DNA from: Candidatus Saccharimonadota bacterium
GTDB taxonomy: Bacteria; Patescibacteriota; Saccharimonadia; Saccharimonadales; Saccharimonadaceae
Direction: 5' to 3'
DNA: 34,938 nt
Assembly: GCA_030528815.1 (NCBI GenBank)
Contig: JAUMYE010000001.1
Span: forward strand, 1 to 34,938
Shown one piece after another: positions 8,217 through 16,420 of the stretch; position 1 is the stretch's first letter, and each line of letters opens with the position of its first letter. The notes under the pieces are model-generated. The model worked only from the letters and a program-made list of their open reading frames with translations, searched no databases and was not told the DNA's origin. The position numbers were made by a program, and so were the translations under genes.

Positions 8217-10583
8217 CTATTGATAGACGACTATTGTTCCTCGCTCGTATTTTTGACTATACTTGCCAGAAGCTTCGTCATATACGATTGGACCTCTAGG
8301 GAAGCCGTAGCTTCCGCCTTCGAATCCAGATTTAGCCCAAATATCGCGTGTTTTGCCCATCGATTCCCAGTATCCTGTAGAATCTTTACCGACAATATAA
8401 CCATTTTCGAACTGTACCCAGCTAATTCCGGTATATCTGTTTGAATCGAGATTAGCAACTGGTAGACCTAGCTTTGAGGTGTCTTTTTTCCAGTAGTCAT
8501 ATATGCCCTTCGAAAGAAGATGATATCCTTTGGAATCGTTACCGACAATATAACCTCTTTCGTATGGTTGAATATAGGCTTTGGCCTCATTATCGTAGCT
8601 CAATGCTCCTGTTGGAAAGCCGAGCGATCCACCCTCGAACCCGGAACTCTGCCAAACGTTACGGCTCTTGCCAACAGATTCCCAGTAGCCTGTAGAATCT
8701 TTGCCTACGATATAACCTTTTTCAAATTGAACCCAATATATGCCAGTGTATGGGTTGTTGCTTAAATTACCTACCGGTGTTCCTAAAACAGAGTTGTTGT
8801 TTTTCCAATAATCGAAAATCCCTTTTGAAAGAATATAATAGCCTTTGCTGTCGTTTCCGACGATAGCGCCCTTCTCGTATGTTTGGGAATAAATGCCAGT
8901 TGTTTCGTCTAGGACTAATGCTCCTGTTGGAAAGCCGAGCGATCCACCCTCGAACCCGGAACTCTGCCAAACGTTACGGCTCTTGCCAACAGATTCCCAG
9001 TAGCCTGTAGAATCTTTGCCTACGATATAACCTTTCTCGAATTGGATCCAAAAGATTCCTGTGAATTTGTTTGAGCTAATTCCGGATTTGAATTTGCCGA
9101 GCGTGCCAGTCAAACCGCCTAGTTCTATCCAACGATTATCAATCGCTTCGTTCTTGATCCAGTAACCTAACTTGTCCGAACCTTCAACAACGCCATTTGT
9201 GTAGCTTTGCTGATAAAGACCAGTCGTCGCATCTTTAGCAAGATTGCTGATAGGGTAACCAAGTGCTCCTCTTTCGAAGCCAGATGCTGCCCAAACGTCG
9301 CGACTCTTGCCTGAAGAAATCCAGTAGCCTGTATCATCTGCACCGACGACTGCACCGTTTTGGTAGTTTTGGTATGTGAAACCGGTTTTCTTATTAGTTA
9401 CGATTCCGCTTGTAGGGAAGCCAAGCGCACCGCCTTCGAAACCAGAGACTTGCCAAACGTCGCGAATCGAACCCATGGATTCCCAATAACCATATTTATC
9501 GTTACCAACAATGTAGCCATTCTCGTATTCTTGCCAGTAAATATGAGTATACGTGTTGCTAGAAATATCTCCGATAGCTTCGCCCATCTCGATGCCAGCA
9601 CTCTTGAGGTCCTTTAAGCGTCTTGCGATTCCAGTTTTTGCGTTATCGCCTTCTGTGCTGCCAAACCACTCTCTAAAATACATATAGAAGTTGCGGTTGC
9701 CATAAGAGCCGCACCAAGCGGTGCCAGGATAATTAGCTAGAGCTGCATCGTTAGGCGTGTAAGGCGTATAGATATACAAACCCGCTGTCGCATAGTTCTC
9801 GATATAAACACTCTTTGTGCCACAACTATAATCTGGTGAATAATAAATATTCACATTCCTGCCTGGGCGATAGCGGTAATCGTTTGGATGCTCGCGGTAA
9901 TAATTCAACTGCCAAGCAGCAGTCATGACCTGGTTATAAAAACCAAAGTAATCCTGATCGCAGGCCGCATTATCTGGGCAGCCATAGCCCATAACTGTGT
10001 TGTATTCAAACTTTAGTGGCCAGTCGTCGCCCCAAGCGTAGCTCTCCTTCTTTAGCATTACAAGAAGAACTTGTGGGTTCACGTTGTACTCATGTGCAGC
10101 ATTGTAAATAATCTGACCAGCGGAAATCATGCCAGGTTCAACCTTGCCGCCCGTCTCGAAATTTGTCTTATGTGTTTTAGGGTTTTCGTAATAATCACGG
10201 ATACAAATAAATGGCGCATCATGATACTGTGTATAACCAGCATTGCGCATATATTTCATGTATTCGGCGCGGGTAGTATTGCTGCTGGCTTGAACGCCGT
10301 AAAAACGAGTGTTACCAATCTTTTGAGTGCCCCAAGTATCGCAGGCGCTAGTATGGCTATCAATAAAAGCATCAATCTCAGCTGCGGTCATGGTATTAGG
10401 GTTATAGAAAACAGAGTCATCAATAATTCTGCCAGCTTTAAACTCTGTAGCAGAAAGAGCGCCAGAATCGTTATCTTTGTCAAGAAGTTGAATCAAAAAT
10501 ACGCCACCAAAAATCGCTAGAATCGCCAAGGCGCCGATTCGAATCTTAAAACCAGTACTATTAAATCGAGAACGTCTTCGCAT
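8217..10583 (-). CDS. Membrane-anchored/secreted cell-envelope protein: Cys-rich N-terminal domain (possible cell-wall hydrolase-like) plus about 9 LGFP-type repeats
   Basis: The N-terminal basic tail plus TM (IGALAILAIFGGVFLIQ) acts as a signal or anchor. The domain at aa ~45-315 has many Cys residues and an ISAGQIIYNAAHEYNVNPQVLLVMLKKES segment reminiscent of peptidoglycan-hydrolase modules. The C-terminal half repeats a ~52-aa unit with GGALGFPTSG, RGALGYPISN, GGSLGFPTGA (twice), GGSYGFPRGP and similar, matching the LGFP repeat family. Confidence 0.75.
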   Translation of the reverse strand: MRRRSRFNSTGFKIRIGALAILAIFGGVFLIQLLDKDNDSGALSATEFKAGRIIDDSVFYNPNTMTAAEIDAFIDSHTSACDTWGTQKIGNTRFYGVQASSNTTRAEYMKYMRNAGYTQYHDAPFICIRDYYENPKTHKTNFETGGKVEPGMISAGQIIYNAAHEYNVNPQVLLVMLKKESYAWGDDWPLKFEYNTVMGYGCPDNAACDQDYFGFYNQVMTAAWQLNYYREHPNDYRYRPGRNVNIYYSPDYSCGTKSVYIENYATAGLYIYTPYTPNDAALANYPGTAWCGSYGNRNFYMYFREWFGSTEGDNAKTGIARRLKDLKSAGIEMGEAIGDISSNTYTHIYWQEYENGYIVGNDKYGYWESMGSIRDVWQVSGFEGGALGFPTSGIVTNKKTGFTYQNYQNGAVVGADDTGYWISSGKSRDVWAASGFERGALGYPISNLAKDATTGLYQQSYTNGVVEGSDKLGYWIKNEAIDNRWIELGGLTGTLGKFKSGISSNKFTGIFWIQFEKGYIVGKDSTGYWESVGKSRNVWQSSGFEGGSLGFPTGALVLDETTGIYSQTYEKGAIVGNDSKGYYILSKGIFDYWKNNNSVLGTPVGNLSNNPYTGIYWVQFEKGYIVGKDSTGYWESVGKSRNVWQSSGFEGGSLGFPTGALSYDNEAKAYIQPYERGYIVGNDSKGYHLLSKGIYDYWKKDTSKLGLPVANLDSNRYTGISWVQFENGYIVGKDSTGYWESMGKTRDIWAKSGFEGGSYGFPRGPIVYDEASGKYSQKYERGTIVVYQ
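8602..8720 (-). repeat. 119-bp perfect direct repeat, copy 1 (inside LGFP array)
   Basis: AATGCTCCTGTTGGAAAGCCGAGCGATCC...TGCCTACGATATAACCTTT is identical base for base to 8917-9035. The period is 315 bp, or 105 codons, so the copies are in frame. Confidence 0.9.
8917..9035 (-). repeat. 119-bp perfect direct repeat, copy 2
   Basis: Identical to 8602-8720. The flanks diverge through mixed substitution types. Confidence 0.9.
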
Positions 10584-11181
10584 CGCTAGTCCCTTCTGCG
10601 CTATTAGATTTGTATTTAAGAGTCACACTCCACTCGCCTGGCGTAAACTCGGATTTGTCCACATATAATTCTTGGCATTCGGTCATCATTTTTGGAGGGT
10701 TAACTCCGGTCGTCTTTTCGAAGCTTTTACTACCGTTGCTGAAAACAAAAGTACAGACGCCTTCGGTGTTTGTGACGTTGGTAATGGTAGCAGAAATCTC
10801 GACTGTATTGTCTTCAAAATAAATATCATCAATAACAGGTTTTGCAATCGTGAGTCCAGTTTCTGAATCTTTTTCCTGATTCTTTGCCCAATTGTCTTGT
10901 TCTTTTTCACTCAAAGTTTTGGAAGCATTGCTGTCAGTTTCGTCTTCAGATTGAGAATTAGAATTTTCTTGTCCGTCTTTTACTACGCTAGCTGTATTTC
11001 TATCTCTGATATCACTAGCCTGCGGCTCGTCTTTCTTGAAGAATTTTTGGTATGCAAAGTAACCACCAACTCCTAAAGCAGCTACTAAAAATACCGCCAA
11101 AAGGACATAAAAAACCCTATGTTCAGAGCTTCTGCGATAGTTGGAGCGATATTTTTTTCTCTCGTTTTTGTTTTTAGTCAT
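10561..11181 (-). CDS. Hypothetical type-II membrane-anchored protein (basic tail, TM, acidic/Ser-rich linker, beta-rich C-terminal domain)
   Basis: AAGGAG lies upstream of the ATG at 11181. The protein has a basic KKYRSNYRRSSEHR tail, the TM helix VFYVLLAVFLVAALGVGGYFAY and a low-complexity acidic linker. Its 3' end overlaps the start of the LGFP gene by 23 nt, so the two are co-transcribed. I recognise no family. Confidence 0.6.
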   Translation of the reverse strand: MTKNKNERKKYRSNYRRSSEHRVFYVLLAVFLVAALGVGGYFAYQKFFKKDEPQASDIRDRNTASVVKDGQENSNSQSEDETDSNASKTLSEKEQDNWAKNQEKDSETGLTIAKPVIDDIYFEDNTVEISATITNVTNTEGVCTFVFSNGSKSFEKTTGVNPPKMMTECQELYVDKSEFTPGEWSVTLKYKSNSAEGTSDAKTFSI

Positions 11182-11273
11182 ATTTTTGACACTCCTTAAG
11201 TCTATTCTTGCAGATTGGTACTAGAAAATCAATAGAAAAACTGTCAAGCTTATGCTAAAAATTAAAGCGCTTG

Positions 11274-11282
11274 TGCTACAAT
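11274..11282 (+). promoter_or_regulatory. Extended -10 box (TGcTACAAT) for the 1044-aa gene
   Basis: TGCTACAAT lies 10 nt upstream of the ATG at 11293 with no Shine-Dalgarno, so the leader is near zero. Confidence 0.45.
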
Positions 11283-11292
11283 TATTTTATAA

Positions 11293-14200
11293 ATGGAAGG
11301 TGACGACGGCGAAAAGCGCTATATGGGCCAAAATGACCCATATCAGGACTTGAAGGTGGCTATGAAAGCCGGTATCAAGCCGGATTTTTCTGGCGATTCA
11401 AAATCTTCCGATCGAGCAAACAAGATTTCTGGGGGCAAATCCTCAAAAGCGAATGAAACGAAGCAGAGAGCTATGGCAAATGCTCTTCAGAACGCTGAGA
11501 GTGCTGCTGGGCAAGCTGGAAGCACTAGTGATCTGGACGCTAAGAGTGGCGAAAACGACGTTTCTAGTGGCTTTACGAACAATGTCGGTAAGAACGGACA
11601 AGTTCCAGGCAAAGACGATTCCAAAGAGGACGGAAAAGGCGATAAAGACGGCAAGGGTGGAAAACAGGGCAACGAAAAAGGCTCTGGCCCTGTTGGTCGC
11701 TTTATGAAGAAGTACATGCCGGTTCTCTCTATTATTCTTACAATATCTGGCGGCGGTAGCTTTATGATGCTTTCTCAGGCAACTTTACCATTTACTGCGT
11801 TGCAAGGTCTAAAAGACTGGTTCAACTCTATAGACATCTCGAATTTCAAGAGGCACTCGAGCATTACCGAGAACGCCGTAAAGAACGCTATACGTCCGCC
11901 GAGCGAACTCTCGGACTTCAAGAACCCAGTTAAGGGTAAAAAATATAAGGTAAGTAAGAAGTTCTCGAAACGTCTTGCTGCTCAGAATATCGAAATTCCT
12001 ACGGATGGCGTGAATAAGGGCAAGATGGTCTTTACGGACGCGAATGGTAATCAGACGGCGATTGAAGCAAAGAACTTTAAGGCCGAATATGATTCGAATC
12101 CGGAGTTCCGAAAAGCATACTCTACCGCCTCACACCCTTACAAAACAGCCTTCAACAACTTTAAAGACAAAATCTTCAAAAAGTTCAAATCGGCTTTTGG
12201 CATAAGTGGGAATAAGTGGGGCAAAAACTACAATCCAGAAAGCGATACTGACGGAGAGAAAGCGAAAGGCTCCGTTCAGGATGGCATGGATCAAAATAAT
12301 AATAAGGCTAATACGAGCGAGGTGGCTGAAGGGAAAGTACCTGATGGCCAAGGTGGTGAGACTACCGGTGCGGTGACCGAACCTGATGGTCCTGGTGAGG
12401 GAAAAATAAAATCAAAGCAGGGTAGCACAGATCTACCGTCAGCTGGGGATGACTCCAAGAAGATTAATGACAAACTAGATGCCATCGGAAAGATTGCCGG
12501 TTATGCTATGGCTGGTCTGTCTGTGTATTGTGCCTTTTCAGCGATTGCTGGTACGCTCTCTTTGGTTGCTGCTGCTGAACAACTTTATCGCGTAGTTAAT
12601 CTCGCGATGGACTATTTTACTGCCTTCGAGCAAGCGATAGCGGGCGAAGGTTCCACTTCGCCAATACATGCCTTGGGTAAAAGTATGGTTCAGACCAGTG
12701 ATATTTCTTACGAAAGAACTACCTCTACTGGCGTAATGACTTCTGGCGATCAAAATGCAACTACTTCTACTACAACAGTAACAACAACGAGTAGTGCAGT
12801 GACCTCTCAGGGCTTTAACACTCTATTCTCTCATGAGCAAACCGATGGTCGCGATGATAGCGTAAGGGCATTTAATACATTCGATCAAATCAAAGAAGGT
12901 ACGAAGTCTATGATCGTTGACGTGTCGGCAGGTCTAAATAACTTCCGTCAATGCACCTATACAAGGCTCGCCCAGGCGGCAGTAGGCCTTATTTCGGATA
13001 TTGCAATGATAGCGTCGTGTATCTTTACTGCAGGTGGCGGTTGCGCGGTTAAATTCTTTAAAGATCTTGCTCTTGGTGCAGCCAAGGCTACGGCTTTTGC
13101 TATTGCCCAAAAGATTGCTACGAGTGTCTTCTCTACTTGGTTTAAAAACTTCTTGAATAATCTCTTAACCAGAGAGCTTGCCGGTGCACCGTTAGGCGAT
13201 GCGCTTGTGGCCGGCATGCATGCGGTGATGGCGGGCAACCATCGTGGGGGTGGTGGCGTTCTTGCGGATAAAGCTGGATATATTGAGACGGCTATTGTTC
13301 AATCTGAAGTGCTTGCAGATAAAGCGAAGACGGAGCGGATGACTAAGAGTCCGTTCGACTATACTTCTAGATATACTTTCTTAGGTAGTCTGGTGACGGC
13401 CATGATACCGCTAACTCTGCAATCTAAATCTGTGGTTGGAGCCTTTAATAAATTTGGTTCGATTTTGTCTAGCTCGACAACTAGCTTGTTCCCAGGGGCT
13501 AGCGCTGCCAATGCGGGCATAGATGCCGCAAATGCCATGGATTATACCGAGAAAAACTGTCCATACCTCTATGATATTGGTGTTGTAGGTGATGCTTATT
13601 GTCAACCTTATACGACGACAGATTTTGATACCATTAATATCAATAACGAAAGTATTAGCGATGCTGACGATCCGGCTGATGCTATTAATACGCCATACAA
13701 TATCATGTCGCAGGTTAATTATTACGGCGGTTTTGATCTAGAAGGACAATCGCTTGATGATGTAGAAAACCCAAAGATCGACAAAGATAGTGATTTGGCT
13801 GAATATATTATCTACTGTAACCAGAGGCAATCGGCCTTTGGTATCGCTGATCAGAACATTGCGTCCGAAATTGATGGCACGAGCACTGGTAGTGGAATCG
13901 GTGACTTTGCCATAGGTCTTGTTCCTGGCATTGGTGATGGCGTAGATATTGTTGGCGCAACTAAGACTCTAAATAAGTTCGGTTATGTCGATGGCTCTGC
14001 TTGCGTGATGCATGATGAGGGAACTGGTGATAAGATTCCAGAATATGGTGAACGCCGCGCTTATGCTCGTTATATTGAGGATCAGCGCTATCTTGAGAGT
14101 ACTGGTATGATTGAGCAGTCTGCTGTTGCGGTCTTCCTTGATGAGTATTACGAAGAACACCCATTAGATAACTCTCATGAAGGTATTATTGCTAGGTTGT

Positions 14201-14427
14201 CTGGCTTGCCAAAAGATACGGTTATTGCAGCTTATGACGCCGTTGACTTCATGAACTTCCTTGCAGAATATGATCCAACCGACTACTATCCAACTCCTGC
14301 AATTCATCCAGAAGAACCAGATTATACAATGGAAGATAATCGCATCATCAAAGACGAAACCTTTGTTGCGATTATTCAGACTGGTTACTTCTCGGAATAT
14401 CGCCAGCGCAACTTCGCCTCGGCATAA
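11293..14427 (+). CDS. Large orphan membrane protein (1044 aa): disordered K/G/D-rich N-terminus, several TM/amphipathic Ala-Gly-rich segments, Thr-rich tract, acidic C-terminal domain
   Basis: One uninterrupted 3.1-kb ORF. TM1 is roughly aa 141-161 (YMPVLSIILTISGGGSFMMLS). Further hydrophobic segments include IAGYAMAGLSVYCAFSAIAGTLSLVAAA, AAVGLISDIAMIASCIFTAGGGCAV and LGAAKATAFAIAQKIATSVF. A TTSTTTVTTTSS tract is present. I recognise no catalytic motif. Confidence 0.8.
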   Translation: MEGDDGEKRYMGQNDPYQDLKVAMKAGIKPDFSGDSKSSDRANKISGGKSSKANETKQRAMANALQNAESAAGQAGSTSDLDAKSGENDVSSGFTNNVGKNGQVPGKDDSKEDGKGDKDGKGGKQGNEKGSGPVGRFMKKYMPVLSIILTISGGGSFMMLSQATLPFTALQGLKDWFNSIDISNFKRHSSITENAVKNAIRPPSELSDFKNPVKGKKYKVSKKFSKRLAAQNIEIPTDGVNKGKMVFTDANGNQTAIEAKNFKAEYDSNPEFRKAYSTASHPYKTAFNNFKDKIFKKFKSAFGISGNKWGKNYNPESDTDGEKAKGSVQDGMDQNNNKANTSEVAEGKVPDGQGGETTGAVTEPDGPGEGKIKSKQGSTDLPSAGDDSKKINDKLDAIGKIAGYAMAGLSVYCAFSAIAGTLSLVAAAEQLYRVVNLAMDYFTAFEQAIAGEGSTSPIHALGKSMVQTSDISYERTTSTGVMTSGDQNATTSTTTVTTTSSAVTSQGFNTLFSHEQTDGRDDSVRAFNTFDQIKEGTKSMIVDVSAGLNNFRQCTYTRLAQAAVGLISDIAMIASCIFTAGGGCAVKFFKDLALGAAKATAFAIAQKIATSVFSTWFKNFLNNLLTRELAGAPLGDALVAGMHAVMAGNHRGGGGVLADKAGYIETAIVQSEVLADKAKTERMTKSPFDYTSRYTFLGSLVTAMIPLTLQSKSVVGAFNKFGSILSSSTTSLFPGASAANAGIDAANAMDYTEKNCPYLYDIGVVGDAYCQPYTTTDFDTININNESISDADDPADAINTPYNIMSQVNYYGGFDLEGQSLDDVENPKIDKDSDLAEYIIYCNQRQSAFGIADQNIASEIDGTSTGSGIGDFAIGLVPGIGDGVDIVGATKTLNKFGYVDGSACVMHDEGTGDKIPEYGERRAYARYIEDQRYLESTGMIEQSAVAVFLDEYYEEHPLDNSHEGIIARLSGLPKDTVIAAYDAVDFMNFLAEYDPTDYYPTPAIHPEEPDYTMEDNRIIKDETFVAIIQTGYFSEYRQRNFASA

Positions 14428-14438
14428 TCCGAAAAATA

Positions 14439-14447
14439 TGGTATAAT
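14439..14447 (+). promoter_or_regulatory. Extended -10 box (TGgTATAAT) for dus, leaderless
   Basis: TGGTATAAT lies 9 nt upstream of the ATG at 14457 with no Shine-Dalgarno. Confidence 0.5.
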
Positions 14448-14456
14448 ATACGAATT

Positions 14457-15392
14457 ATGGAGTTCTGGGGAAAGTTTAAACCTGGTTTTACTATTTTAGC
14501 GCCTATGGAAGGTGTAACTGATATTGCCTTTCGTCAGGTGGTCGCAAAAGCTTTCCGCCCAGATATTTTCTACACCGAATTTACGAACGTAAATAGCTAT
14601 GTTAGCGAAAAAGGCAGAGCAAATGCTCTCGAACGTCTTCGATATGAAGAATCTGAACGCCCGCTAGTGGCGCAGATTTGGGGCACTCAGCCAGAAATGT
14701 TCCTTGAGACTGCTCAGGCTCTCAAGAAACTTGGTTTTGCTGCCGTAGATATCAATATGGGCTGCCCAGATAGGCATGTTGTTGCTACTGGTGGCGGTTC
14801 TGGTCTCATCCGCACGCCTGCTCGTGCTATCGAGATTATTCGCTCTACCAAGATGGCTGGCCTCCCAGTATCTGTTAAAACTCGCCTTGGTTATACCTAT
14901 GTTGACGAGTGGCATGATTGGCTCTCGACTCTTTTGAACGAGCATCCAGATGCTTTGACGGTTCACTTCCGCACTAAGAAAGAGATGTCCAAGGTTGCTG
15001 CGCATTATGAACTAGTTCCAGAAGTTATCAAGCTTAGGAACGAACTATCTCCAGAAACAAAACTTATTATTAACGGAGATATCGAACGCCCAGCTGACGG
15101 TGCTAAGTTTATTGAAATGGGCGCCGATGGTTTGATGCTTGGTCGTGCAGTTTTTCATAATCCTTTCTGTTTCGAAAAAGAACCTCGCGAGCATACCAGA
15201 GAAGAACTAATCGAGCTAATGCGCTATCACCTAGGTTTATATGAGAAATATGGCCTTGCTCCATACGAGCCACTCAAGCATTTCTATAAGATTTATATCA
15301 ATAATTTCCCAGGTGCTTCTGAAATACGCGAGAAGCTTATGAATACGAAGACTATCGCCGAGGCTCGCGAAATTATCGATTCGCTAGAGTGA
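14457..15392 (+). CDS. dus: tRNA-dihydrouridine synthase
   Basis: LAPMEGVTDIAFRQ, VDINMGCP (catalytic Cys region), the TVHFRT/K segment and GADGLMLGRA are typical of Dus-family flavoenzymes. Confidence 0.9.
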   Translation: MEFWGKFKPGFTILAPMEGVTDIAFRQVVAKAFRPDIFYTEFTNVNSYVSEKGRANALERLRYEESERPLVAQIWGTQPEMFLETAQALKKLGFAAVDINMGCPDRHVVATGGGSGLIRTPARAIEIIRSTKMAGLPVSVKTRLGYTYVDEWHDWLSTLLNEHPDALTVHFRTKKEMSKVAAHYELVPEVIKLRNELSPETKLIINGDIERPADGAKFIEMGADGLMLGRAVFHNPFCFEKEPREHTREELIELMRYHLGLYEKYGLAPYEPLKHFYKIYINNFPGASEIREKLMNTKTIAEAREIIDSLE

Positions 15393-15407
15393 TACAATAA
15401 AGGTAAT

Positions 15408-15653
15408 ATGACAAAGCTTATTGTTTGTACGACTCCAAGTTGCGTATTCTGTCATGCATTGATGGATTGGCTAGAGAAAAAAGACATCGATTTTGAAGAA
15501 TACGACATGAGCGACGAAAAACTTCGTGCAAAAATCGAGAAAAAACTTGGCCGTACGGTTTCTTCTGTGCCGCTTACTTTGATTGGCGACGAAGCGATTG
15601 AGGGCTTTAATCGCCCAGCGATCAAGCGTGCTCTAAAAGGACTTACAAAATGA
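15408..15653 (+). CDS. Glutaredoxin-family / NrdH-like small redoxin
   Basis: 81 aa with a CVFC (CxxC) active site after the first beta-strand, a VPLTLIGDEAIEGF segment and the thioredoxin-fold length. Confidence 0.75.
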   Translation: MTKLIVCTTPSCVFCHALMDWLEKKDIDFEEYDMSDEKLRAKIEKKLGRTVSSVPLTLIGDEAIEGFNRPAIKRALKGLTK

Positions 15654-16420
15654 AAAAGCCAGCAATTATCTTAATTCACGGTCTTCGTGGCGATCACCAC
15701 GGCTTGCTTGAGCTAGCCGAATGTCTTCAAGAGGCTGGCTACGAAACTTATGTTCCAGATTTGCCAGGCTATGGCATCGAACAGGCTTTAAGAGATCAAA
15801 GTCTCAAGGGTTACGCGAACTGGCTTCATGAATACGTGGAGAAACAGAAATTCGAAACGAAGCCTATTATCCTTGGTCATTCCATGGGTTCAATTATTGT
15901 TTCGCATTATCTCGAAGCTTACCCCGAAGATTGTTCAAAAACGGCAGTTTTCTTGGCGCCAATTATTCGCACGGAGAAGGGCCAAAAACGAAGCAATCGT
16001 CTAGCTAAAATGTTCCTTCGTAGTCTAAAGCTTCTTTCTGGTCATTCTAGATATCGCCTCATGAAGAGTCGCTTTGTTTCTTTTTGGATCTCGCGTATTT
16101 TGACTTACGACCGCACAAGGCAAAAATATATCGACGAGCAGCATTATATGTACTCTGGCGAATTCACTTCGACTCGTTCACTAATGAATGATGTCCAGCT
16201 TTCGATGTCCGAGCAGACAATCTGTCCAAAGAATCGCAAGGTTTTGTATTGCATGGGCGATCATGACCGCTTAACGAAGGTCAAAAACGTCAAAAAGACT
16301 ATTGCTAACTGTCCAAACGCTACCCTTAAGGTTATCAAGAAAACTGGTCACCTACTAAATTACGAATTCCCACAAAAAACTGCGCAAGTTATTACGCAGT
16401 TCTTGGATAAAAAGTCTTAA
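15650..16420 (+). CDS. Alpha/beta-fold hydrolase
   Basis: IILIHGLRGDHHG (oxyanion region), the GHSMGS nucleophile elbow and a C-terminal GHLLNYE (catalytic His). Its start overlaps the upstream stop in an ATGA. Confidence 0.8.
   Translation: MKKPAIILIHGLRGDHHGLLELAECLQEAGYETYVPDLPGYGIEQALRDQSLKGYANWLHEYVEKQKFETKPIILGHSMGSIIVSHYLEAYPEDCSKTAVFLAPIIRTEKGQKRSNRLAKMFLRSLKLLSGHSRYRLMKSRFVSFWISRILTYDRTRQKYIDEQHYMYSGEFTSTRSLMNDVQLSMSEQTICPKNRKVLYCMGDHDRLTKVKNVKKTIANCPNATLKVIKKTGHLLNYEFPQKTAQVITQFLDKKS

Larger units (their letters stand above)
8220..9626 (-). repeat. Coding tandem array of about 9 LGFP-type repeats (~52 aa each, paired into ~105-aa super-repeats)
   Basis: The pattern W..SG...G.LG.P......tG.y.Q.fe.G.ivg...tGyw recurs in the translated ORF. 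Confidence 0.75.

Noticed and set aside
8602-9035. The 119-bp perfect repeat pair as the template/variable repeats of a diversity-generating retroelement
   Set aside because: There is no reverse transcriptase or accessory gene in the window. Both copies lie in frame within the same repeat-protein ORF, they are identical rather than differing at adenines, and the flanking divergence uses mixed substitution types. Ordinary intragenic duplication explains the pair.
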